A DNA stretch of 22,927 bases from a virus (taxonomy: Duplodnaviria; Heunggongvirae; Uroviricota; Caudoviricetes), in the IMG/VR virus record IMGVR_UViG_3300049919_000418, positions 1 through 22,927 of that record. The stretch is one strand, 5' to 3'. Under the pieces are notes generated by a model that was not told the origin of the DNA, did no database searches, and saw nothing but the letters and a program-made list of their open reading frames with translations. The translations under genes were made by a program, and so were the position numbers. Position 1 is the stretch's first letter. Every line of letters starts with the position of its first letter. Of this stretch, positions 8,301-17,163 are shown piece after piece.

Positions 8301-10130
8301 ATGGAAATAATTAAGGAGGAAAATTTAATTAAGAAGAGCTTTAATTCGCCTAAAATGGTTGCCGACGCTTCCTTGTTCGGGATGGCGTCCTCAAGAGCGA
8401 AAAACAAGGCCGCTGGAGCAGCGGCGTCTTCTGATATTAGCGGACTGCTTTGCAATATAAGCAGCGGTGTAAGCCCCTTCGCTTATCAAAATGGCGATGT
8501 TAATGTTCGTGACGCGATTCTTCTTTGCCAAAAAGCGTATTGGAATGTTTCTATTTTTAAGTTATCTATTGATATTATGTCGGAGTTCTCCAACTCTCCC
8601 ATTCACTTTGTTGGCAAAAATAAGGCTTCTGTTCGATTCTTCGAGGATTGGTATGAGAAAATTGGGGGGTGGAATCTTGGGGACCAGTTCTTCCGCGAAC
8701 TTTTCAGAAGCAGTAATGTTATCCTTTATAAGGTTGAAGGCGAACTAAAAGATCTTAAAAATAAGCCATTGGCGAAAGTTCCTATTCGCTACATTGTCTT
8801 GAACCCTGCCGATATTGCTTGCGAATCATCTGCCAATTTCCTTCACGGATCATACAAAAAGATTTTAAATGATTACGAAGTTCAAGTTTTAAAAAATTCA
8901 ACCGATCCAAAAAACTTGGCTCTCAAAAAGAGCTTACCAAAGCAAGTTCAAGATGATATTTCAAAAGGCGTATCAACTGCCATACCGCTTAAACCGGACG
9001 AAATCATCACCGCTTTTTTTAAAAAACAAGACTACGAGCCAATGGCAGTGCCGATGTATTTTTCAGTTCTTTTTGATATTAATTTAAAATTAGAATTCAA
9101 AAAGGCGGAACAATTAATTTCCCGCGCTTGTGAGTATATGATTCTCCTTATCACGGTTGGAGATAAGGACAACGGTGTTGATGATGAGCTTGTTGAATCT
9201 ATTGAAACTCTTTTCAAGACAGAAAGTGTCGGACGGGTGCTAGTTTCCGACTATACGACTAAGATGGATTTCATTATTCCGGATCTTGCCAAAATTCTTG
9301 GCCCAACAAAGTATGAAGCGGTTAACGCGGATATTTCCAACGGACTAATGAACATTTTCTTCGGGGAACAAAAATATGCTGACTCCATGCTTAAAATGAA
9401 GGTTTTCCTTGAGAGGCTTAAAGAGTCGCGCAAAGTTTATTTAAATTCATTTTTGATTCCTGAAATGCAGAGGATCTCGAAAACACTAGGCTTCCGTGAG
9501 TGCCCAACCCCTGTTTTCGAGGACGTTGATCTTAAAGACGAGGTTGAATACATGAAACTTTATAACCGTTTGGCGGAACTTGGCTTCCTAACGAACGAAG
9601 AAACCATTACGGCCTATAAAACCCATGTTCTGCCAGAACAATATGATAGCATTGTTTCTCAGGAGAACTTTAAAACCAATAAGAAGAAGGGCCTTTACGA
9701 ACCTGTTGGAAAAAAAGACGCGCTAGCTAAACCCGCTGGAAGACCAACGGGAACGCCCCAAAAGCAAAAGAAAAAGAAGGTTACCCCTGTTGGAAGCGGA
9801 AGCGACAATACAAAAACCTACTCGGTCACCAAGCTAAAAGATGTTATTTATAAGGCGGACGAATTAATTGACTCCGTTATGGATTCCTATAAAACAAAAT
9901 TCAATATTTCCCGCGCAAGCAAAAAACATAAAGATATCGCCCGCAATACCGCGTTTGCAATTATTCAAAATGAAAAAATGGAGGATTGGACGAGATCGAT
10001 TGAAGCGTATATTGAAAACCCAATGAAGCAAGGCCCGATTGGCGAACTTGTCGTTGAGGAGGCTAGCAGCCATAGCCTTGATTTTCGCTCTGCAAGCTTA
10101 TTGTTTCACACGCTCGATGAATTGGTGTAA
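8301..10130 (+). CDS. Portal protein
   Basis: 609 aa, between terL and the prohead protease, largely helical, with a GRP-containing low-complexity segment (AGRPTGTP) as often seen near portal C-termini. Confidence 0.85.
   Translation: MEIIKEENLIKKSFNSPKMVADASLFGMASSRAKNKAAGAAASSDISGLLCNISSGVSPFAYQNGDVNVRDAILLCQKAYWNVSIFKLSIDIMSEFSNSPIHFVGKNKASVRFFEDWYEKIGGWNLGDQFFRELFRSSNVILYKVEGELKDLKNKPLAKVPIRYIVLNPADIACESSANFLHGSYKKILNDYEVQVLKNSTDPKNLALKKSLPKQVQDDISKGVSTAIPLKPDEIITAFFKKQDYEPMAVPMYFSVLFDINLKLEFKKAEQLISRACEYMILLITVGDKDNGVDDELVESIETLFKTESVGRVLVSDYTTKMDFIIPDLAKILGPTKYEAVNADISNGLMNIFFGEQKYADSMLKMKVFLERLKESRKVYLNSFLIPEMQRISKTLGFRECPTPVFEDVDLKDEVEYMKLYNRLAELGFLTNEETITAYKTHVLPEQYDSIVSQENFKTNKKKGLYEPVGKKDALAKPAGRPTGTPQKQKKKKVTPVGSGSDNTKTYSVTKLKDVIYKADELIDSVMDSYKTKFNISRASKKHKDIARNTAFAIIQNEKMEDWTRSIEAYIENPMKQGPIGELVVEEASSHSLDFRSASLLFHTLDELV
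10125..10130 (+). promoter_or_regulatory. GTGTAA putative late promoter element overlapping the portal stop codon
   Basis: 11 nt before ATG 10142. Confidence 0.6.
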
Positions 10131-10141
10131 TAATTAATTAT

Positions 10142-11653
10142 ATGAAGTTTAAATATAAAACTAAATTTGAATCAACCGCCAAATATAATTTTGGAAAATG
10201 GAAGGAAGCCAAGGCAAGCACAGAAGTTTTTGCGCCATTGGACGATTTGAGGTCTTTGCTTCCTGACGACGAAAAAATTAGCGACAACCCAGACCTTCTT
10301 TACACCAGCTTCAACGCTGCCGTTGCGAATTTAATTAACGCTAACGACCATGGCATGACAACTGAAACCGCTCTTGCTGTTTCCAAATATTTTGTTGATC
10401 GCCACATGAATATCGAGCACTGCCGTTATGATGTTATTGGGCACATTATTAGTCAAGGGTTCAGCTCTTTTGGCGACAATAAAATGCTCAAGGAGTCCGA
10501 ATTGATTGGCTCGCAAGAACCCTTTAATATTTGCCTAGGCTCGGTTGTGTATAAAATTGTTCGCGAGTATATGGCCGAAGTTATCGAAGAGTCTGGCGAT
10601 AAGGATAGCCCGTATTACGGATGCGTTAGCACCTCATGGGAAATCGGATTTAACGAATTTGATATTGCTTTAGGTAGTAAACGATTGGCTGACGCGGAAA
10701 TTATTTCGGACCCCAAACGAGTCGCTGAACTCACTCAATATTTAAAAATGGAGGGGGGGACAGGATTTATGCCAAATGGAACGCCTGTTTATTGCATTAT
10801 TAAGGGAGACGCCCGCCCGCTTGGCTGCGCGTTTACCGGCAATCCGGCTGCGCCAGTAAAGGGCGTATTTGTTCCGACTTCAACCGAGAACGAGGAAGAC
10901 CCTAAAAATCCCGATAGAGAACATTGCTGTTCAACAGACCCCAAAGTTCCCGAAATTTTACCCGAAAAGGAAGAAAAGGCCTCTTTGGAGGGTGAAAATG
11001 ATAATAATTTATTAAATAACATTGAAATTAATTCACAAACTACTAAAAATACTGTAAATAAGAATATGAAATTGACATCCACAGAAGATATCACTCCTGA
11101 GTTCATGAAGCAAGCGGACGCGTCCGTTGTTAGAGACTTCATTTCGGTTGAGCTTGAAAAAACAAGCAAGACCTTCTCCGAGCAAGTCGCAGCAGCAGAA
11201 AAAGACAAGGCGGCTGTTGAAGCAACCCTTGAAGCAACTAATAAAACTCTTTCCGAAGTTCAAACCAAGCTTGATGAACTCAACAAGCAGGTTGAAGCAA
11301 AAGTTAAGCAAGAAGCATTCAACTCCCGCATGGACGAAGTTTCTTCTACGTATGAATTGAATGACGCACAACGCGCAGCAGTTGCTTCCCAAATCAAAGA
11401 ACTTGACTCCGATGGTTATACCGCTTGGAAGTCCAACGCAGAACTCTTCATGGCGAAAAAAGTTGTTGCTTCCGCAAAGGAAGAAACAGTTGTTGTTGAA
11501 GACGAAAAAGAAAAAGAAGCTGCCGCAGCACTTAAAAATGCAACTGCTTCTGAAACCCCAGCACTTACAAACAGCACTTCCCCGGAATCGGGCAGCGAAA
11601 TCTCCAAGCTTATTGGAAGCCTCGCAGGTGCGATCTCAATCAACAAACAATAA
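10142..11653 (+). CDS. Prohead maturation protease-scaffold fusion
   Basis: N-terminal NANDH, MNIEH..DVIGHI and STSWE segments (candidate His/Ser catalytic residues), an acidic linker, then an Ala/Glu/Lys-rich coiled coil. Lies between portal and capsid genes. Confidence 0.75.
   Translation: MKFKYKTKFESTAKYNFGKWKEAKASTEVFAPLDDLRSLLPDDEKISDNPDLLYTSFNAAVANLINANDHGMTTETALAVSKYFVDRHMNIEHCRYDVIGHIISQGFSSFGDNKMLKESELIGSQEPFNICLGSVVYKIVREYMAEVIEESGDKDSPYYGCVSTSWEIGFNEFDIALGSKRLADAEIISDPKRVAELTQYLKMEGGTGFMPNGTPVYCIIKGDARPLGCAFTGNPAAPVKGVFVPTSTENEEDPKNPDREHCCSTDPKVPEILPEKEEKASLEGENDNNLLNNIEINSQTTKNTVNKNMKLTSTEDITPEFMKQADASVVRDFISVELEKTSKTFSEQVAAAEKDKAAVEATLEATNKTLSEVQTKLDELNKQVEAKVKQEAFNSRMDEVSSTYELNDAQRAAVASQIKELDSDGYTAWKSNAELFMAKKVVASAKEETVVVEDEKEKEAAAALKNATASETPALTNSTSPESGSEISKLIGSLAGAISINKQ
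11066..11653 (+). CDS. Probable nested in-frame scaffold protein (195 aa)
   Basis: In-frame ATG (MKLTSTEDIT) preceded by an intergenic-looking AT-rich tract and CTGTAA-N8-ATG; coiled-coil product. Confidence 0.55.
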   Translation: MKLTSTEDITPEFMKQADASVVRDFISVELEKTSKTFSEQVAAAEKDKAAVEATLEATNKTLSEVQTKLDELNKQVEAKVKQEAFNSRMDEVSSTYELNDAQRAAVASQIKELDSDGYTAWKSNAELFMAKKVVASAKEETVVVEDEKEKEAAAALKNATASETPALTNSTSPESGSEISKLIGSLAGAISINKQ

Positions 11654-11674
11654 TCTTTTAATAAATAAAAAACT

Positions 11675-12259
11675 ATGGATATTACATCAAAGCCAAATTT
11701 GAAGCCTTACCGCAACTACAACGAGCACGACGTTATCGATCTTTTCGCTCACGTTGACGGTGTTGCTAACAAAGGTTCTCTTGTCGGAATCACCACTGCA
11801 AATGGAAATACTAACGTTTGGAATGGTGCTGGCACCCCTCCGACCCCTCATGTTGCAGTTTATGGGCAAATCGCAGGTGTTCCAACCCGTGCATATGCAG
11901 CTCGCCACCACGTTACTTGGAAGGTAAAGAACACCTCCAGCGGTGAAGTTCCACTTGGAATTCTTCTTTTCGACGTTCGTGAAAACAACCCTTTCGGTGA
12001 AAAGCTTATTTTCCGCCCTCGTCACGAACGATACGAAAACGACATTATCGTTTCCGGTGAAGCGGCACTTGTTGTTACCCGTGGTATTTTCTCTGTCAAT
12101 GGTTTTGTCGGAACTCCCGGCCCAAACTCTGGTGCGGTTCCCTCCACGACTTCCGGTCAAGTGTTGGTTACAAATAACGTAACTGGTGTCGCAAACGTTG
12201 GTAAGTTCCTTACCTCCGCAGACCCAGACGGTTATGCACTTTTCAAACTTGAACTGTAA
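11675..12259 (+). CDS. Capsid decoration/stabilising protein (putative)
   Basis: 194 aa, Gly/Val/Thr-rich beta-type sequence immediately upstream of the capsid gene, the position of lambda gpD-like genes. Confidence 0.6.
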   Translation: MDITSKPNLKPYRNYNEHDVIDLFAHVDGVANKGSLVGITTANGNTNVWNGAGTPPTPHVAVYGQIAGVPTRAYAARHHVTWKVKNTSSGEVPLGILLFDVRENNPFGEKLIFRPRHERYENDIIVSGEAALVVTRGIFSVNGFVGTPGPNSGAVPSTTSGQVLVTNNVTGVANVGKFLTSADPDGYALFKLEL

Positions 12260-12297
12260 TCAATAACCCCCAAACTTCTAAAGAATAACAAATTATT

Positions 12298-13416
12298 ATG
12301 ATTAAATTAAATATCAGTAAAGACTCAGAGAAAGTCAAGGATTTGACTAAGCTCATGGTTCTTGCCTCAAAGGATGGGGAATCCGGTCGCCAAGCACGCG
12401 AAGCTATTGCAGCTTTCGCAGGTCCGGTGATTACTCAAGTTCTCCAACAATTCGCAACCCACCGCGCTTTCTATACTCAGTATAGCTACAACTTCGGTGA
12501 AGTTCCAACCATTCCACTTGACAACTTCACAGGAAACTCTGAAGGACTCATTAGCATCTGGAGTTGCTCAACTCCGGGCGGTCTTGCCACTAACCACATC
12601 TCCGGTGGTGATGAGTTTAGAATGACCACATTCCCATACGACACGGCACTTAGTATGCTTAAGCGTAACGCGGAACAAGGTCGTTTCGAACTTCTTGTCT
12701 CTGGTCTTGAGCGTATGGCGCAAGAGCTCATGATTAAGGAAGCGTATCAAGCTTGGAGCACAATGCTTCTTTCCCTTGGTGCTGCAAGAACTAACGGCTC
12801 CCCGCACCTTATCTCCGCAACCACACCTAACGTTTTCCAACTTGACGACGTGAACCGCTTGAAAACGAAAGTTTCTCGCCTTCGCAACTCTTGGTTGGGC
12901 GGAACTCCGACCCAAAAGGTTGGACAAGGATTCACTCACTTAGTTATTTCCCCGGAAATCGCAGAGCAAATCCGTGGTATGGCTTACAATCCACAAAACG
13001 TTCGTGCTGGTTCATTCACCACAAGTGGTGCAACAGCGATTCCTCTTCCGGATCAAATCCGCATGAGCATCTTCAACGAATCCGGTCTGCTTAGCATTCC
13101 GGGTGTTGCCAACTTCGTTCAATTGAATGAGTTTGGTGTTGGACAAGCTTACAACGCGCTGTTTGACAATGGTTATACAGCAGGTGGCGGCGAACCAGCC
13201 TTCGCAAGCGCAACTGACGAGCTTATCCTTGCGGTTGACCTTAGCCTTGACGCAGGTGTTCAAATGACCGCAAGTGATTCGGAACGCAGCTCGCAACTTA
13301 AGGTTGAAGAGGACGATCAGTTCACGAAAAGAAGCGGTCGATTCGGCTACTTCGCAAGTCTTGAGACGGGGTACTCGTGGCTTGATTCAAAAACTTTGTC
13401 AGGAATTATCGTATAA
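12298..13416 (+). CDS. Major capsid protein (HK97-fold expected)
   Basis: 372 aa, synteny, strongly biased codons (TTC, AAC, GGT, GTT), THLVISPE segment typical of the HK97 A-domain strand, followed by a strong terminator. Confidence 0.85.
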   Translation: MIKLNISKDSEKVKDLTKLMVLASKDGESGRQAREAIAAFAGPVITQVLQQFATHRAFYTQYSYNFGEVPTIPLDNFTGNSEGLISIWSCSTPGGLATNHISGGDEFRMTTFPYDTALSMLKRNAEQGRFELLVSGLERMAQELMIKEAYQAWSTMLLSLGAARTNGSPHLISATTPNVFQLDDVNRLKTKVSRLRNSWLGGTPTQKVGQGFTHLVISPEIAEQIRGMAYNPQNVRAGSFTTSGATAIPLPDQIRMSIFNESGLLSIPGVANFVQLNEFGVGQAYNALFDNGYTAGGGEPAFASATDELILAVDLSLDAGVQMTASDSERSSQLKVEEDDQFTKRSGRFGYFASLETGYSWLDSKTLSGIIV

Positions 13417-13438
13417 CTCGATAGTAACTAACGAGTTA
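13414..13438 (+). other. Hairpin overlapping the capsid stop codon
   Basis: TAACTCG-A-TAG-TAA-CTA-A-CGAGTTA: 7+3 bp stem with one A-A mismatch. Confidence 0.6.
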
Positions 13439-13446
13439 CAACAATT

Positions 13447-13475
13447 GAAAGGGTTAGAAATAACCCTTTCTTTTT
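13447..13475 (+). terminator. Rho-independent terminator
   Basis: Perfect 10-bp stem GAAAGGGTTA/TAACCCTTTC, GAAA tetraloop, T5 tail. Confidence 0.85.
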
Positions 13476-13509
13476 AACTATTAAGGAAACAAGATACGGT
13501 CTATTTGAT

Positions 13510-14397
13510 ATGAAATATAATTGGTCAACAGAGGAAGAAAATATAATTAAAAACAAATATAAAACTTTGCGGCGCGGAGTTAAAGAGTTGTTGCCGTTGC
13601 TACCGGGAAGAAGCGAACGGGCGATTATCTTGAAAGCTAAAAAAATGGGAATTCGGAGAGATACGTGTGGAATGCGATTTTTATACGATTTTGACTTTTG
13701 GAAAATTTACAATCCAGTTAATTGTTATTGGGCAGGAATGGTTGCGGCAGATGGCTGCATTTATCAAAATAAAAATTTAGATAGCTATACGTTTTCTTTT
13801 GGGCTACAGGAAAAATACCAAATTGAGAAATTTGTAGAAGATACAAAAAGCGAGTATGCCATTCATAATAAACCCGTTCGTGAGAATGAAGCGCCAATGT
13901 ATTATGCTCGATATACAGCTTCAAAGGAGTGGCAGAGCGATTTAAAAAATAACTTCAATATCGCGCCGCGAAAAAGTTGGAATATGCCCGCCCCAACACA
14001 AATTCCAAAAGATTTGTTTAAATACTTTTTAATTGGTTTCATAGATGGCGACGGACACATTGCAATTAATAAACGAAAAGGCTCGGGTTCCTCTTGTTTT
14101 GTTTTTAAAATAGCTTTGGCTACAAGAGAAGTATTGGATTACATTAAAGAATGGGCTGACGTAGAATACCCTTCACCAACGAAAAGAAGCGTTAGGAATT
14201 ATTGCTGTGAAGACAAAATTTATTATCACTTTACAATAGGTGGGCTTGCCGCATGCAAAATGTATCTTAGTCTTCGGCAACTTATCCCTGAGAAGCATCT
14301 TTCCCGTAAATGGGATGTGCCAGAATACGTCGATTACTGCGAAAAACGTGTCAAGGCTTCACAAGACAAGCAAAAAAGTGTAACGCATATTATATGA
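13510..14397 (+). CDS. Free-standing two-motif LAGLIDADG homing endonuclease with N-terminal Myb/HTH-like domain
   Basis: YWAGMVAADGCI and FLIGFIDGDGHI motifs with catalytic Asp intact; N-terminal WSTEEENII...LPGRSERAIILKAKKMGI; more AT-rich than the capsid gene. Confidence 0.9.
   Translation: MKYNWSTEEENIIKNKYKTLRRGVKELLPLLPGRSERAIILKAKKMGIRRDTCGMRFLYDFDFWKIYNPVNCYWAGMVAADGCIYQNKNLDSYTFSFGLQEKYQIEKFVEDTKSEYAIHNKPVRENEAPMYYARYTASKEWQSDLKNNFNIAPRKSWNMPAPTQIPKDLFKYFLIGFIDGDGHIAINKRKGSGSSCFVFKIALATREVLDYIKEWADVEYPSPTKRSVRNYCCEDKIYYHFTIGGLAACKMYLSLRQLIPEKHLSRKWDVPEYVDYCEKRVKASQDKQKSVTHII
14378..14383 (+). promoter_or_regulatory. GTGTAA putative late promoter element
   Basis: 10 nt before ATG 14394, inside the last codons of the endonuclease gene. 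Confidence 0.65.
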
Positions 14398-14711
14398 AAC
14401 AAAATGTATTTAAATACGTAACAGACGGAACAAGCGCAAAAGATGCTTCATCCGTTGATCAAATGTTTGGCATCCGAAAGGTTTTAAACCTTCCCTATCA
14501 AACCTCGGCTCAGTTAGAATCCGCCCTAAAAGGAATGAATCTTGCTGACATTCAGAAATTAGCCGTAACCTTTGGAATCAAACCGGCCTCCCATCGCCCT
14601 CAACTTGTTCGAGCCTGTATCGACCAATTTAATAGGCTTACAAAAACATACGGCGCGGCCAAGGAACAGACTTCCGAGGTTTTGCCAACATTTGACCCTT
14701 CAAAGTTTTAA
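14394..14711 (+). CDS. Small protein with HeH/SAP/Rho-N-like helical motif (105 aa)
   Basis: LKGMNLADIQKLAVTFGIKPASHRPQLV resembles the helix-extended-helix pattern. Start moved from 14310 to ATG 14394 (ATGA overlap, GTGTAA-N10). Confidence 0.6.
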   Translation: MKQNVFKYVTDGTSAKDASSVDQMFGIRKVLNLPYQTSAQLESALKGMNLADIQKLAVTFGIKPASHRPQLVRACIDQFNRLTKTYGAAKEQTSEVLPTFDPSKF

Positions 14712-14725
14712 TTCATTAAATTAAA

Positions 14726-15253
14726 ATGGATTATATAACTCCAGAGCAACAATCAGATTGGGCGGCGGAACTATTGGAATCCGTTGGCGATTCTTCGTCT
14801 TCAATTAGCTCGGTTGTGCAATGGCTTCGCACCAACTTAGGGGAGTTGAATGCAAGATTGTCCACATCTTTTACTCTATCCGAGGATAATAATATTGAGC
14901 CAGCCCTAAACGACATTCAGGCGGGCATTTATAATGAATTGTTTATTTGTTTTTGGCTGAAGAAAAAGGCCCGAACAACCCTTGGCGCGATGGAATACGA
15001 TTGGGTAGAAATGCAGGGTGAGGATCAGGGCAGCATTAAGCGCGTCAGCCATACTGCTAAAGCTGCCGCGTATCAAAGCATGGCAAAGGACTGCGATTCC
15101 TCCATCAAAGAGCTTGTAAAGGTTTACAGGGGCGGAAATTTCGCCCGCCCTCGACAATTAACGTTCAACAATCGCCGCTCAACCCCAATGAATATCCATT
15201 GTGCTTGCTTCTCGTGGTCTGATTTAAATCCGGTAGGAAGATACCTTCACTAA
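14726..15253 (+). CDS. Putative head-tail adaptor
   Basis: 175 aa, helical, first of four neck-position genes; synteny only. Confidence 0.5.
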   Translation: MDYITPEQQSDWAAELLESVGDSSSSISSVVQWLRTNLGELNARLSTSFTLSEDNNIEPALNDIQAGIYNELFICFWLKKKARTTLGAMEYDWVEMQGEDQGSIKRVSHTAKAAAYQSMAKDCDSSIKELVKVYRGGNFARPRQLTFNNRRSTPMNIHCACFSWSDLNPVGRYLH

Positions 15254-15696
15254 TGGGAAGCCTTCAAGAAGAGTGCAACGCCGCAATGACTTTGGTGTTC
15301 GATCAGTTCGCACGCGAAGACCTTGTTACTTTTTACAAAAGCGCGGCTGAAGAAATTGTTTTTTCTGACCCTAATTGGAATGCGGATTTTGGAGACGCCT
15401 ACTCTCTGAATATAGTAAAAACGGCACAAAAAAGAGACATCAAATGCCGAATTTTCTACTTCAAAGACAGCGAGGTTTTGAAGTCCCTTGACGGTGACGA
15501 AAACATTAGCCTTAAGTTGGCGTATCCCATTGCAAAGGTTCGCATTCAAATCAAAAAAGATGACTTCGGGTGGCTAAAGGACGCGAAGGCATTTTACGTT
15601 CTTGGGGATAAGTTCGTCAAGGAATCTGACTGGCGAGGAATTGGCATGCTTGCCCAAATTGATCGATATGAAATTATATTAAGAAAGAATCAATAA
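15253..15696 (+). CDS. Putative head closure (stopper) protein
   Basis: 147 aa, beta-rich, TAATG-coupled to the previous gene; synteny only. Confidence 0.5.
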   Translation: MGSLQEECNAAMTLVFDQFAREDLVTFYKSAAEEIVFSDPNWNADFGDAYSLNIVKTAQKRDIKCRIFYFKDSEVLKSLDGDENISLKLAYPIAKVRIQIKKDDFGWLKDAKAFYVLGDKFVKESDWRGIGMLAQIDRYEIILRKNQ

Positions 15697-15718
15697 TATA
15701 AATATAAATGAAGAAATC

Positions 15719-16258
15719 ATGATGCGAATTCTAACTCGCCGAGTTGCGCCGATTCTTCGTGAAATTCTTGAAGAGCGATTTGAAAGTGCCAAAGCCGAAC
15801 TTTTGGATGCCGTTAGAAGTCATCCGATTAGCGTAGATATAATGTCTCACGCGCCGTCTTCCAGACTAAATTCCTCCCGTGGAACGCTATTCGGATTTCT
15901 TGGGTTTAATAGCGGCGATGATCCCGTGGGGGTTCTTGTAGATTTTTTGGATACGAACATAACCTTTAGGCCGAATAGTTCAACAAGCGGAAAGCTTTTT
16001 TCCTCGTCTGTTTTTTACCCAGATAAAAAAAGTTTCAATACCAAAGAATTCGAACTTGAATGGACCGACCAAGGGTGGCCGATTATGATTGAAGAAGGTA
16101 TTTCCGGTCTTCCCTATTATTTGAATAAGGAAAATTCAAAGGGCCGATCAAGCGAGGGTATTCAAGTTAATGGCAATGAAATTCGATCAACAGATTGGGC
16201 CGGATATTTATACCTTACCCCTTTAATCGCCGATTTTAGAAAAAATCTTTTATTATGA
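15719..16258 (+). CDS. Putative neck/tail completion protein
   Basis: 179 aa, IEEG and YLTPL segments reminiscent of HK97 gp10-like neck proteins; synteny. Confidence 0.4.
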   Translation: MMRILTRRVAPILREILEERFESAKAELLDAVRSHPISVDIMSHAPSSRLNSSRGTLFGFLGFNSGDDPVGVLVDFLDTNITFRPNSSTSGKLFSSSVFYPDKKSFNTKEFELEWTDQGWPIMIEEGISGLPYYLNKENSKGRSSEGIQVNGNEIRSTDWAGYLYLTPLIADFRKNLLL

Positions 16259-17094
16259 CACAAGTTTTTGATCAGTTAGTAGTATCCTCTTTTAAGGAGT
16301 ATCTTGACCATAGGATTGCTTTCAAGCTTCAAGCTTGGGAAAATATTGCCGCGCCATTGTTCCTTGACCAAGGAGACGATAGGTTAGTCGGTTATAAAAA
16401 AATAGGTATGGGGCCTAAGCAATGGCTTTACGACTCTTCTATCGTCGGCGCAACAATTGCTGACCCGGCTCAATTTTCCCATGTTGATTGGAAGGCCGCT
16501 AAAACTGATTTTAGAAACTCTAGGTTTATTGTTCCTGCGAGCGTAACGGCTACGCTACCAACATCCGCGACTCTAGCTGTGAAACATTTTAATTCTTATG
16601 TTACATCAAAAGATGATGAAGAATTATATCAAAATACTATTTTTGAATTCGAGCCTGAAATGAGGGTTCAAACGTCTTCCACAAAAGCGGACTCCTACCA
16701 TTCTCCCTGTTATTTCATCAAATCTGCCTTTACGGATAATGAGGGCTTTTCGTTGGGAGGGCTAGATAAAACTGTCTTTAAAATGAAAGTAACTTGTTTT
16801 TGTAAAACTGAAACTGAACTTCTTAGTTTGGGGTCTGTTTTTCGTGATTTAAAAAATACCACAATGGTTCTTTTAAGTTCGACTCCATTGAACGAATTTA
16901 ATGATTTAAAGGCTCGCCCGTGGAATTTTACAACCGCTGTTGGCGCTTCCGTTTCGGCTGGAAACCCTACCATTCACATTGACTCAGCAACATTTAACCC
17001 AATCAAAAGCGACAACATTAACTCAAAGTTAAAAAATGTTTATGTTGGGCTCGCCAATTTTACTATTTTTGTTGTAAGGAGCCCTAGACAGTAA
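16255..17094 (+). CDS. Putative tail terminator protein
   Basis: 279 aa, directly before the tail tube gene; C-terminal half contains PCYFIK and FSLGG; synteny. Confidence 0.45.
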   Translation: MTQVFDQLVVSSFKEYLDHRIAFKLQAWENIAAPLFLDQGDDRLVGYKKIGMGPKQWLYDSSIVGATIADPAQFSHVDWKAAKTDFRNSRFIVPASVTATLPTSATLAVKHFNSYVTSKDDEELYQNTIFEFEPEMRVQTSSTKADSYHSPCYFIKSAFTDNEGFSLGGLDKTVFKMKVTCFCKTETELLSLGSVFRDLKNTTMVLLSSTPLNEFNDLKARPWNFTTAVGASVSAGNPTIHIDSATFNPIKSDNINSKLKNVYVGLANFTIFVVRSPRQ

Positions 17095-17096
17095 AT

Positions 17097-17113
17097 ATAT
17101 TTTTTTAATTTAA
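17097..17113 (+). repeat. 17-nt direct repeat copy 1 (ATATTTTTTTAATTTAA)
   Basis: Identical to 20299-20315. Confidence 0.7.
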
Positions 17114-17135
17114 AATACACAAAAGGGTTCTTTTG

Positions 17136-17141
17136 GTGTAA
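17136..17141 (+). promoter_or_regulatory. GTGTAA putative late promoter element
   Basis: Intergenic, 22 nt before tail tube ATG 17164. Confidence 0.65.
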
Positions 17142-17163
17142 TATAACATATACCTAAAACTTT

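Noticed and set aside
6746-8472. Intragenic GTGTAA copies at 6746 and 8467
   Set aside because: Deep in coding sequence with no plausible gene start nearby; compatible with chance hexamer occurrence.
12254-12259. CTGTAA at the end of the decoration gene as a capsid promoter
   Set aside because: It is a Leu-stop codon pair; the same CTG-TAA ends the tail tube gene (18283-18288) right before a terminator, so it is probably incidental.
1133-14393. ORF-track starts at 1133, 5515 and 14310
   Set aside because: They overlap upstream genes; ATGs at 1166, 5563 and 14394 fit gene packing and upstream signals better.
13417-14397. Group I intron housing the LAGLIDADG gene
   Set aside because: The capsid gene ends cleanly, the flanks are too short for a ribozyme core, and the hairpins are explained as terminator structures.
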